Origin: Utricularia gibba
Lineage: Eukaryota > Plantae > Magnoliophyta
Reading direction: 5' to 3'
Assembly: GCA_002189035.1 (NCBI GenBank)
Contig: NEEC01000297.1
Span: 1-34,387, forward strand
DNA: 34,387 bases
The notes below the pieces were generated by a model. That model was not told the DNA's origin. It saw nothing but the letters and a program-made list of their open reading frames with translations, and did not search any database. Both the position numbers and the translations under genes were made by a program. Shown here piece by piece: positions 10,606 to 23,529 of this stretch (position 1 is the first letter of the stretch; every line of letters starts with the position of its first letter).

Positions 10606-12140
10606 ATCGTAATTTAAACAAATGCATCATTTTTTTAATCGATTTGCATCCAGTTGACCTCATGAGCCATACAGAATCGGGGTCAAGGACCAAGTTCCCA
10701 GCGAGACTGGCCGCCAAAAACGAGAAGCGGTTCCTTGAAAAACCATGTAGGCAGCCCCCGAAAACGAACGATAATAAATACATCACTTTATTTGCCGGAC
10801 TACAACTAACTCTCGGTGCAAGCCAAATTACCTTTGTCCCGTTCCAGGTGCACCCAAAGACCGCCTGCTCAAGTATAAAGTAAGTTGTTGAAAAAAATCA
10901 TGTGGGGTGCACGTGACATCATAATTTAAACAAATGCATCATTTTTTTTAATCGATTTGCATCCAGTTGACCTCATGAGCCATACAGAATCGGGGTCAAG
11001 GACCAAGTTCCAGCGAGACTGGCGCCCCACAAAACGAGAAGCGGTTCCTTGAAAAACCATGTAGGCAGCCCGAAAACCGAACGATAATAAATACATCACT
11101 TTATTTGCATAACTCTCGGTGCAAGCCAAACTTACTTTTGTCCGGTTCCAGGCCCAAGACGCCTGCTCAAGTATAAAGTAAGTTGTTGAAAAAATCATGT
11201 GGGGTGCACGTGACATCATAATTTAAACAAATGCATCATTTTTTTCGATTTGCATCCAGTTGACCTCATGAGCCATACAGAATCGGGGTCAAGGACCAAG
11301 TTCCCAGCGAGACTGGCCGCACAAAACGAGAAGCGGTTCCTTGAAAAACCATGTAGGCAGCCCCCGAAAACCGAACGATAATAAATACATCACTTTATTT
11401 GCCGTACAACTAACTCTCGGTGCAAGCCAAACTTACCTTTGTCCGTTCCAGGTGCACCAAAAGACCGCCTGCTCAAGTATAAAGTAAGTTGTTGAAAAAA
11501 TCATGTGGGGTGCACGTGACATCATAATTTAAACAAATGCATCATTTTTTTTCGATTTGCATCCAGTTGACCTCATGAGCCATACAGAATCGGGGTCAAG
11601 GACCAAGTTCCCAGCGAGACTGGCCGCCACAAAACGAGAAGCGGTTCCTTGAAAAACCATGTAGGCAGCCCCGAAAAAACCGAACGTTAATAAATACATC
11701 ACTTTATTTGCCGGGCTACAACTTACTTCGGGCAAAGCCTAAGCTGACCTTTTCCGTTCCAAGTGCCCCCCAAGACCGCCTCTCAAGTATAAAGTAAGTT
11801 GTTAAAAAAATCATGTGGGGTGCACGTGACATCATAATTTAAACAAATGCATCATTTTTTTTAATCGATTTGCATCCAGTTGACCTCATGAGCCATACAG
11901 AATCGGGGTCAAGGACCAAGTTCCCAGCGAGACTGGCCGCCACAAACGAGAAGCGGTTCCTTGAAAAACCATGTAGGCAGCCCCGAAAACGAACGATAAT
12001 AAATACATCACTTTATTTGCCGGACTACAACTAACTCTCGGTGCAAGCCAAACCTTACCTTTGTCCCGTTCCAGGTGCACCCAAAGACCGCCTGCTCAAG
12101 TATAAAGTAAGTTGTTGAAAAAATCATGTGGGGTGCACGT

Positions 12141-12452
12141 GATATCGTAATTTAAACAAATGCATCATTGTATTCATCGATTTGCATCCTTTTGTCCTCA
12201 TGAGCCATAAAGAATCGGGGGGGACCAAGTTCCTAGCGAGACTGGCCGCCACAAAACGAGAAGCTGTTCCTTGAAAAACCATGTAGGCAACACCGAAAAC
12301 CGAACGTTAATAAATACATCACTTTCTTTGCCGGGCTACAACTTACTTTGGGCCAAGGCCTAAGCTGATCTTTTTCCGGTTCCAAGTGCCCCCCAAAACC
12401 GCCTCTCATGTATAAAGTATGTTGTTAAAAAAAATCATGTGGGGTGCACGTG
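12141..12452 (+). repeat. Variant B monomer
   Basis: GATATC, CATTGTATTC, TTCCTAGC, GAAGCTGT, GGCAACACC, AACGTT, AGGCCT. A few positions match A (ATCGATTTGC, CACGTG). Confidence 0.88.
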
Positions 12453-15218
12453 ACATCGTAATTTAAACAAATGCATCATTTTTTTTATCGATTTGCATCC
12501 AGTTGACCTCATGAGCCATACAGAATGGGGTCAAGGACCAAGTTCCCAGCGAGACTGGCCGCCAAAAACGAGAAGCGGTTCCTTGAAAAACCATGTAGGC
12601 AGCCCCCGAAAACGAACGATAATAAATACATCACTTTATTTGCCGACTACAAACTCTCGGTGCAAGCCAAACATTACTTTGTCCCGTTCCAGGTGCACCC
12701 AAAGACCGCCTGCTCAAGTATAAAGTAAGTTGTTGAAAAAATCATGTGGGGTGCACGTGACATCATAATTTAAACAAATGCATCATTTTTTTTATCGATT
12801 TGCATCCAGTTGACCTCATGAGCCATACAGAATCGGGTCAAGGACCAAGTTCCCAGCGAGACTGCCGCCACAAAACGAGAAGCGGTTCCTTGAAAAACCA
12901 TGTAGGCAGCCCCCGAAAACGAACGATAATAAATACATCACTTTATTTGCCGGACTACAACTAACTTCGGTGCAAGCCTAAGCTGACTTTTTGTCCGGTT
13001 CCAGTGCCCCCAAGACCGCCTGCTCAAGTATAAAGTAAGTTGTTAAAAAAATCATGTGGGGTGCACGTGACATCATAATTTAAACAAATGCATCATTTTT
13101 TTTAATCGATTTGCATCCAGTTGACCTCATGAGCCATACAGAATCGGGGTCAAGGACCAAGTTCCCAGCGAGACTGGCCGCCACAAAACGAGAAGGTTCC
13201 TTGAAAACCATGTAGGCAGCCCCGAAAACCGAACGATAATAAATACATCACTTTATTTGCCGGACTACAACTAACTCTCGGTGCAAGCCAAACTTACCTT
13301 TCCCGTTCCAGTGCACCCAAAGACCGCCTGCTCAAGTATAAAGTAAGTTGTTGAAAAAATCATGTGGGGTGCACGTGACATCATAATTTAAACAAATGCA
13401 TCATTTTTTTAATCGATTTGCATCCAGTTGACCTCATGAGCCATACAGAATCGGGGTCAAGGACCAAGTTCCCAGCGAGACTGGCCGCCACAAAACGAGA
13501 AGCGGTTCCTTGAAAAACCATGTAGGCAGCCCCGAAAACGAACGATAATAAATACATCACTTTATTTGCCGGACTACAACTAACTCTCGGTGCAAGCCAA
13601 CTTACTTTTGTCCGGTTCCAGTGCACCCAAGACCGCCTGCTCAAGTATAAAGTAAGTTGTTGAAAAATGTGGGGTGCACGTGACATCATAATTTAAACAA
13701 ATGCATCATTTTTTTTAATCGATTTGCATCCAGTTGACCTCATGAGCCATACAGAATCGGGGTCAAGGACCAAGTTCCCAGCGAGACTGGCCGCCACAAA
13801 ACGAGAAGCGGTTCCTTGAAAAACCATGTAGGCAGCCCCCGAAAACCGAACGATAATAAATACATCACTTTATTTGCCGGACTACAACTAACTCTCGGTG
13901 CAAGCCAAACATTTTTCCCGTTCGTGCACCCAAAGACCGCCTGCTCAAGTATAAAGTAAGTTGTTGAAAAAATCATGTGGGTGCACGTGACATATAATTT
14001 AAACAAATCATTTTTTTTAATCGATTTGCATCCAGTTGACCTCATGAGCCATACAGAATCGGGGTCAAGGACCAAGTTCCAGCGAGACTGGCCGCCACAA
14101 ACGAGAAGCGGTTCCTTGAAAAACCATGTAGGCAGCCGAAAACGAACGATAATAAATACATCACTTTATTTGCCGGACTACAACTAACTCTCGTGCAAGC
14201 CAAACTTACCTTTGTCCGTTCCAGGTGCACCCAAAGACCGCCTGCTCAAGTATAAAGTAAGTTGTTGAAAAATCATGTGGGGTGCACGTGACATCATAAT
14301 TTAAACAAATGCATCATTTTTTTTTCGATTTGCATCCAGTTGACCTCATGAGCCATACAGAATCGGGTCAAGGACCAAGTTCCCAGCGAGACTGGCCGCC
14401 ACAAAACGAGAAGCGGTTCCTTGAAAAACCATGTAGGCAGCCCCGAAAACCGAACGATAATAAATACATCACTTTATTTGCCGGACTACAACTAACTCTC
14501 GGTGCAAGCTTACCTTTGTCCCGTTCCAGGTGCACCCAACCGCCTGCTCAAGTATAAAGTAAGTTGTTGAAAAAATCATGTGGGGTGCACGTGACATCAT
14601 AATTAAACAAATGCATCATTTTTTTTAATCGATTTGCATCCAGTTGACCTCATGAGCCATACAGAATCGGGGTCAAGGACCAAGTTCCCAGCGAGACTGG
14701 CCGCCACAAAACGAGAAGCGGTTCCTTGAAAAACCATGTAGGCAGCCCCGAAAACCGAACGATAATAAATACATCACTTTATTTGCCGGACTACAACTAA
14801 CTCTCGGTGCAAGCCAAACCTTACTTTTGTCCGTTCCAGGTGCACCCAAAGACCGCCTGCTCAAGTATAAAGTAAGTTGTTGAAAAAATCATGTGGGGTG
14901 CACGTGACATCATAATTTAAACAAATGCATCATTTTTTTTAATCGATTTGCATCCAGTTGACCTCATGAGCCATACAGAATCGGGGTCAAGGACCAAGTT
15001 CCCAGCGAGACTGGCCGCCACAAAACGAGAAGCGGTTCCTTGAAAAACCATGTAGGCAGCCCCCGAAAACCGAACGATAATAAATACATCACTTTATTTG
15101 CCGGACTACAACTAACTCTCGTGCAAGCCAAACTTACCTTTGTCCGTTCCAGGTGCACCCAAAGACCGCCTGCTCAAGTATAAAGTAAGTTGTTGAAAAA
15201 ATCATGTGGGGTGCACGT

Positions 15219-15512
15219 GACATCATAATTTAAAAAATGCATCATTTGATTTGCATCCTTTGACCTCATGAGCCATAAAGAATCGGGGGGACCAAGTTCC
15301 CAGCGAGACTGGCCGCCACAAAACGAGAAGCGTTCCTTGAAAAACCATGTAGGCAACCCGAAAACCGAACGTTAATAAATACATCACTTTATTTGCCGGG
15401 CTACAACTTACTTTGGGCCAAGGCCTAAGCTGACTTTTTCCGGTTCCAAGTGCCCCAAGACCGCCTCCTCAAGTATAAAGTAAGTTGTTAAAAAAATCAT
15501 GTGGGGTGCACG
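15219..15512 (+). repeat. Partial/blended B-like monomer
   Basis: ATAAAGAATC, GGCAACCC, AACGTTAAT and GGGCCAAGGCCTAAGCTGA, mixed with A-type positions. Confidence 0.75.
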
Positions 15513-16757
15513 TGACATCATAATTTAAACAAATGCATCATTTTTTTTAATCGATTTGCATCCAGTTGACCTCATGAGCCATACAGAATCGGGGTCAAGG
15601 ACCAAGTTCCCAGCGAGACTGGCCGCCACAAAACGAGAAGCGGTTCCTTGAAAAACCATGTAGGCAGCCCCGAAAACGAACGATAATAAATACATCACTT
15701 TATTTGCCGGACTACAACTAACTCTCGGTGCAAGCCAAACCTTACCTTTGTCCCGTTCCAGGTGCACCCAAAGACCGCCTGCTCAAGTATAAAGTAAGTT
15801 GTTGAAAAAATCATGTGGGGTGCACGTGACATCATAATTTAAACAAATGCATCATTTTTTTTATCGATTTGCATCCAGTTGACCTCATGAGCCATACAGA
15901 AATCGGGTCAAGGACCAAGTTCCCAGCGAGACTGGCCGCCACAAAACGAGAAGCGGTTCCTTGAAAAACCATGTAGGCAGCCCCGAAAACCGAACGATAA
16001 TAAATACATCACTTTATTTGCCGGACTACAACTAACTCTCGGTGCAAGCCAAACTTACCTTTGTCCCGTTCCAGGTGCACCCAAAGACCGCCTGCTCAAG
16101 TATAAAGTAAGTTGTTGAAAAAATCATGTGGGGTGCACGTGACATCATAATTTAAACAAATGCATCATTTTTTTTAATCGATTTGCATCCAGTTGACCTC
16201 ATGAGCCATACAGAATCGGGGTCAAGGACCAAGTTCCCAGCGAGACTGGCCACAGAAGCGGTTCCTTGAAAAACCATGTAGGCAGCCCCGAAAACCGAAC
16301 GATAATAAATACATCACTTTATTTGCCGGACTACAACTAACTCTCGGTGCAAGCAAACCTTACCTTTGTCCGTTCCAGGTGCACCCAAAGACCGCCTGCT
16401 CAAGTATAAAGTAAGTTGTTGAAAAAATCATGTGGGGTGCACGTGACATCATAATTTAAACAAATGCATCATTTTTTTAATCGATTTGCATCCAGTTGAC
16501 CTCATGAGCCATACAGAATCGGGGTCAAGGACCAAGTTCCCAGCGAGACTGGCCGCCACAAAACGAGAAGCGGTTCCTTGAAAAACCATGTAGGCAGCCC
16601 CCGAAAACGAACGATAATAAATACATCACTTTATTTGCCGGACTACAACTAACTCTCGGTGCAAGCCAAACCTTACCTTTGTCCCGTTCCAGTGCACCCA
16701 AAGACCGCCTGCTCAAGTATAAAGTAAGTTGTTGAAAAAATCATGTGGGGTGCACGT

Positions 16758-17068
16758 GATATCGTAATTTAAACAAATGCATCATTGTATTCATCGATTT
16801 GCATCCTTTTGTCCTCATGAGCCATAAAGAATCGCGGGCCCGGACCAAGTTCCTAGCGAGACTGGCCGCCACAAAACGAGAAGCTGTTCCTTGAAAAACC
16901 ATGTAGGCAACACCGAAAACCGAACGTTAATAAATACATCACTTTCTTTGCCGGGCTACAACTTACTTTGGGCCAAGGCCTAAGCTGACTTTTTCCGTTC
17001 CAAGTGCCCCAAAGACCGCCTCCTCATGTATAAAGTATGTTGTTAAAAAATCATGTGGGGTGCACGTG
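16758..17068 (+). repeat. Variant B monomer
   Basis: GATATC, CGCGGGCCCGG, TTCCTAGC, GAAGCTGT, GGCAACACC, AACGTT, AGGCCT, CCTCATGTA. Confidence 0.9.
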
Positions 17069-20000
17069 ACATCGTAATTTAAACAAATGCATCATTTTTT
17101 TTAATCGATTTGCATCCAGTTGACCTCATGAGCCATACAGAATCGGGGTCAAGGACCAAGTTCCCAGCGAGACTGGCCGCCACAAAACGAGAAGCGGTTC
17201 CTTGAAAAACCATGTAGGCAGCCCCCGAAAACGAACGATAATAAATACATCACTTTATTTGCCGGACTACAACTAACTCTCGGTGCAAGCCAAACATTAC
17301 CTTTGTCCCGTTCCAGGTGCACCCAAAGACCGCCTGCTCAAGTATAAAGTAAGTTGTTGAAAAAATCATGTGGGGTGCACGTGACATCATAATTTAAACA
17401 AATGCATCATTTTTTTTAATCGATTTGCATCCAGTTGACCTCATGAGCCATACAGAATCGGGTCAAGGACCAAGTTCCCAGCGAGACTGGCCGCCACAAA
17501 ACGAGAAGCGGTTCCTTGAAAAACATGTAGGCAGCCCCCGAAAACCGAACGATAATAAATACATTTTTTTTGCCGGACTACAACTAACTCTCGGTGCAAG
17601 CCTAAGCTTACTTTGTCCGGTTCCAGGTGCCCCCAAGACCGCCTGCTCAAGTATAAAGTAAGTTGTTAAAAAATCATGTGGGGTGCACGTGACATCATAA
17701 TTTAAACAAATGCATCATTTTTTTTAATCGATTTGCATCCAGTTGACCTCATGAGCCATACAGAATCGGGGTCAAGGACCAAGTTCCCAGCGAGACTGGC
17801 CGCCACAAAACGAGAAGCGGTTCCTTGAAAAACCATGTAGGCAGCCCCCGAAAACGAACGATAATAAATACATCACTTTATTTGCCGGACTACAACTAAC
17901 TCTCGGTGCAAGCCAAACTTACCTTTGTCCCGTTCCAGGTGCACCCAAAGACCGCCTGCTCAAGTATAAAGTAAGTTGTTGAAAAAATCATGTGGGGTGC
18001 ACGTGACATCATAATTTAAACAAATGCATCATTTTTTTTAATCGATTTGCATCCAGTTGACCTCATGAGCCATACAGAATCGGGGTCAAGGACCAAGTTC
18101 CCAGCGAGACTGGCCGCCACAAAACGAGAAGCGGTTCCTTGAAAAACCATGTAGGCAGCCCCCGAAAACCGAACGATAATAAATACATCACTTTATTTGC
18201 CGGACTACAACTAACTCTCGGTGCAAGCCAAATTACCTTTGTCCCGTTCCAGTGCACCCAAAGACCGCCTGCTCAAGTATAAAGTAAGTTGTTGAAAAAA
18301 TCATGTGGGGTGCACGTGACATCATAATTTAAACAAATGCATCATTTTTTTTAATCGATTTGCATCCAGTTGACCTCATGAGCCATACAGAATCGGGGTC
18401 AAGGACCAAGTTCCCAGCGAGACTGGCCGCCACAAAACGAGAAGCGGTTCCTTGAAAAACCATGTAGGCAGCCCCCGAAAACCGAACGATAATAAATACA
18501 TCACTTTATTTGCCGGACTACAACTAACTCTCGGTGCAAGCCAAACTTACTTTGTCCGGTTCCACCCCCAAGACCGCCTGCTCAAGTATAAAGTAAGTTG
18601 TTGAAAAAATCATGTGGGGTGCACGTGACATCATAATTTAAACAAATGCATCATTTTTTTTAATCGATTTGCATCCAGTTGACCTCATGAGCCATACAGA
18701 ATCGGGTCAAGGACCAAGTTCCCAGCGAGACTGGCCGCCACAAAACGAGAAGCGGTTCCTTGAAAAACCATGTAGGCAGCCCCGAAAACGAACGATAATA
18801 AATACATCACTTTATTTGCCGGACTACAACTAACTCTCGGTGCAAGCCAAGCTTACTTTTGTCCGTTCCAGTGCCCCCAAGACCGCCTGCTCAAGTATAA
18901 AGTAAGTTGTTGAAAAAAATGTGGGTGCACGTGACATCATAATTTAAACAAATGCATCATTTTTTTTAATCGATTTGCATCCAGTTGACCTCATGAGCCA
19001 TACAGAATCGGGGTCAAGGACCAAGTTCCCAGCGAGACTGGCCGCCACAAAACGAGAAGCGGTTCCTGAAAAACCATGTAGGCAGCCCCGAAAACCGAAC
19101 GATAATAAATACATCACTTTATTTGCCGACTACAACTAACTCTCGGTGCAAGCCAAACTTACCTTTGTCCCGTTCCAGGTGCACCCAAAGACCGCCTGCT
19201 CAAGTATAAAGTAAGTTGTTGAAAAAATCATGTGGGGTGCACGTGACATCATAATTTAAACAAATGCATCATTTTTTTTAATCGATTTGCATCCAGTTGA
19301 CCTCATGAGCCATACAGAATCGGGGTCAAGGACCAAGTTCCAGCGAGACTGGCCGCCACAAAACGAGAAGCGGTTCCTTGAAAAACCATGTAGGCAGCCC
19401 CCGAAAACGAACGATAATAAATACATCACTTTATTTGCCGGACTACAACTAACTCTCGGGCAAGCCAAACTTACCTTTGTCCCGTTCCAGGTGCACCCAA
19501 AGACCGCCTGCTCAAGTATAAAGTAAGTTGTTGAAAAAATCATGTGGGGTGCACGTGACATCATAATTTAAACAAATGCATCATTTTTTTTAATCGATTT
19601 GCATCCAGTTGACCTCATGAGCCATACAGAATCGGGGTCAAGGACCAAGTTCCCAGCGAGACTGGCCGCCACAAAACGAGAAGCGGTTCCTTGAAAAACC
19701 ATGTAGGCAGCCCCCGAAAACCGAACGATAATAAATACATCACTTTATTTGCCGGACTACAACTAACTCTCGGTGCAAGCCAAACATTACCTTTGTCCGT
19801 TCCAGGTGCACCCAAAGACCGCCTGCTCAAGTATAAAGTAAGTTGTTGAAAAAATCATGTGGGGTGCACGTGACATCATAATTTAAACAAATGCATCATT
19901 TTTTTTAATCGATTTGCATCCAGTTGACCTCATGAGCCATACAGAATCGGGGTCAAGGACCAAGTTCCCAGCGAGACTGGCCGCCACAAAACGAGAAGCG

Positions 20001-20496
20001 GTTCCTTGAAAAACCATGTAGGCAGCCCCCGAAAACGAACGATAATAAATACATCACTTTATTTGCCGGACTACAACTAACTCTCGGTGCAAGCCAACTT
20101 ACCTTTGTCCGTTCCAGGTGCACCCAAAGACCGCCTGCTCAAGTATAAAGTAAGTTGTTGAAAAAATCATGTGGGGTGCACGTGACATCATAATTTAAAC
20201 AAATGCATCATTTTTTTTAATCGATTTGCATCCAGTTGACCTCATGAGCCATACAGAATCGGGGTCAAGGACCAAGTTCCAGCGAGACTGGCCGCCACAA
20301 AACGAGAAGCGGTTCCTTGAAAAACCATGTAGGCAGCCCCGAAAACCGAACGATAATAAATACATCACTTTATTTGCCGGACTACAACTAACTCTCGTGC
20401 AAGCCAAACCTTACCTTTGTCCCGTTCCAGGTGCACCCAAAGACCGCCTGCTCAAGTATAAAGTAAGTTGTTGAAAAAATCATGTGGGGTGCACGT

Positions 20497-20788
20497 GATA
20501 TCAATTTAAACAAATGCATCATTTATTCATCGATTTGCTCCTTTTGTCCTCATGAGCCATAAAGAATCGGGGGACCAAGTTCCTAGCGAGACTGGCCGCC
20601 ACAAAACGAGAAGCTGTTCCTTGAAAAAACATGTAGGCAACCCGAAAACCGAACGTTAATAAATACATCACTTTCTTTGCCGGGCTACAACTACTTTGGG
20701 CAAGCCTAAGCTGATCTTTTTCCGTTCCAAGTGCCCCAAGACCGCCTCGTATAAAGTAGTTGTTAAAAAATCATGTGGGGTGCACGTG
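20497..20788 (+). repeat. Variant B monomer (shortened, noisy)
   Basis: GATATC, CCTTTTGTCC, TTCCTAGC, GAAGCTGT, AACGTT, CTTTCTTTGCCGGG, GCCTAAGCTGATC, with several small deletions. Confidence 0.85.
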
Positions 20789-22035
20789 ACATCGTAATTT
20801 AAACAAATGCATCATTTTTTTTATTCGATTTGCATCCAGTTGACCTCATGAGCCATACAGAATCGGGGTCAAGGACCAAGTTCCCAGCGAGACTGGCCGC
20901 CACAAAACGAGAAGCGGTTCCTTGAAAAACCATGTAGGCAGCCCCCGAAAACGAACGATAATAAATACATCACTTTATTTGCCGGACTACAACTAACTCT
21001 CGGTGCAAGCCAAACATTACCTTTGTCCCGTTCCAGGTGCACCCAAAGACCGCCTGCTCAAGTATAAAGTAAGTTGTTGAAAAAATCATGTGGGGTGCAC
21101 GTGACATCATAATTTAAACAAATGCATCATTTTTTTAATCGATTTGCATCCAGTTGACCTCATGAGCCATACAGAATCGGGTCAAGGACCAAGTTCCCGC
21201 GAGACTGGCCGCCACAAAACGAGAAGCGGTTCCTTGAAAAACCATGTAGGCAGCCCCCGAAAACCGAACGATAATAAATACATCACTTTATTTGCCGGAC
21301 TACAACTAACTCTCGGTGCAAGCCAAACTTACCTTTGTCCCGTTCCAGGTGCACCCAAAGACCGCCTGCTCAAGTATAAAGTAAGTTGTTGAAAAAATCA
21401 TGTGGGGTGCACGTGACATCATAATTTAAACAAATGCATCATTTTTTTTAATCGATTTGCATCCAGTTGACCTCATGAGCCATACAGAATCGGGGTCAAG
21501 GACCAAGTTCCCAGCGAGACTGGCCGCCACAAAACGAGAAGCGGTTCCTTGAAAAACCATGTAGGCAGCCCCCGAAAACCGAACGATAATAAATACATCA
21601 CTTTATTTGCCGGACTACAACTAACTCTCGGTGCAAGCCAAACCTTACCTTTGTCCCGTTCCAGGTGCACCCAAAGACCGCCTGCTCAAGTATAAAGTAA
21701 GTTGTTGAAAAAATCATGTGGGGTGCACGTGACATCATAATTTAAACAAATGCATCATTTTTTTAATCGATTTGCATCCAGTTGACCATGAGCCATACAG
21801 AATCGGGTCAAGGACCAAGTTCCCAGCGAGACTGGCCGCCACAAAACGAGAAGCGGTTCCTTGAAAAACCATGTAGGCAGCCCCGAAAACGAACGATAAT
21901 AAATACATCACTTTATTTGCCGGACTACAACTAACTCTCGTGCAAGCCAACCTTACCTTTGTCCCGTTCCAGTGCACCAAAACCGCCTGCTCAAGTATAA
22001 AGTAAGTTGTTGAAAAAATCATGTGGGGTGCACGT

Positions 22036-22328
22036 GATATCGTAATTTAAACAAATGCATCATTTTTTCGATTTGCATCCTTTGACCTCATGAGCCATAA
22101 AGAATCGGGGCAAGGACCAAGTTCCCAGCGAGACTGGCCGCCACAAAACGAGAAGCGTTTCCTTGAAAAACCATGTAGGCAGCCCGAAAACCGAACGATA
22201 ATAAATACATCACTTTATTTGCCGGACTACAACTACCCAAGCCAAGTACCTTTTCCGTTCCAGTGCCCCAAAGACCGCCTCCTCAAGTATAAAGTAAGTT
22301 GTTAAAAAAATCATGTGGGGTGCACGTG
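22036..22328 (+). repeat. Last (weak, blended) B-like monomer
   Basis: GATATCGT, ATAAAGAATC, CCTCCTCAAG and GTTAAAAAAA. Most other positions are A-like or deleted. Confidence 0.65.
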
Positions 22329-23529
22329 ACATCGTAATTTAAAAATGCATCATTTTTTTTATTCGATTTGCATCCAGTTGACCTCATGAGCCATACAGAA
22401 TCGGGTCAAGGACCAAGTTCCCAGCGAGACTGGCCGCCACAAAACGAGAAGCGGTTCCTTGAAAAACCATGTAGGCCGAAAACGAACGATAATAAATACA
22501 TCACTTTATTTGCCGGACTACAACTAACTCTCGGTGCAAGCCAAACTTACCTTTGTCCCGTTCCAGGTGCACCCAAAGACCGCCTGCTCAAGTATAAAGT
22601 AAGTTGTTGAAAAAATCATGTGGGGTGCACGTGACATCATAATTTAAACAAATGCATCATTTTTTTTAATCGATTTGCATCCAGTTGACCTCATGAGCCA
22701 TACAGAATCGGGTCAAGGACCAAGTTCCAGCGAGACTGGCCGCCAAAAACGAGAAGCGGTTCCTTGAAAAACCATGTAGGCAGCCCCGAAAACCGAACGA
22801 TAATAAATACATCACTTTATTTGCCGGACTACAACTAACTCTCGGTGCAAGCCAAGCTACTTTGTCCGGTTCCATGCCCCAAAGACGCCTGCTCAAGTAT
22901 AAAGTAAGTTGTTGAAAAAATCATGTGGGTGCACGTGACATCGTAATTTAAACAATGCATCATTTTTTAATCGATTTGCATCCAGTTGACCTCATGAGCC
23001 ATACAGAATCGGGGTCAAGGACCAAGTTCCCAGCGAGACTGGCCGCCACAAAACGAGAAGCGTTCCTTGAAAAACCATGTAGGCAGCCCCGAAAACCGAA
23101 CGATAATAAATACATCACTTTATTTGCCGGACTACAACTAACTCTCGTGCAAGCCAACATTTTTGTCCCGTTCCAGGTGCACCCAAAGACCGCCTGCTCA
23201 AGTATAAAGTAAGTTGTTGAAAAAATCATGTGGGGTGCACGTGACATCATAATTTAAACAAATGCATCATTTTTTTTAATCGATTTGCATCCAGTTGACC
23301 TCATGAGCCATACAGAATCGGGGTCAAGGACCAAGTTCCCAGCGAGACTGGCCGCCACAAAACGAGAAGCGGTTCCTTGAAAAACCATGTAGGCAGCCCC
23401 GAAAACCGAACGATAATAAATACATCACTTTATTTGCCGGACTACAACTAACTCTCGGTGCAAGCCAACTTACTTTGTCCCGTTCCAGCCCCAAGACCGC
23501 CTGCTCAAGTATAAAGTAAGTTGTTAAAA

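Noticed and set aside
11680-11810. Half-B segment counted as an independent HOR start
   Set aside because: Only the tail is B-like and a full B follows two monomers later. It could be a recombinant, an exaggerated D-like tail or consensus bleed-through, so it was excluded from the spacing series.
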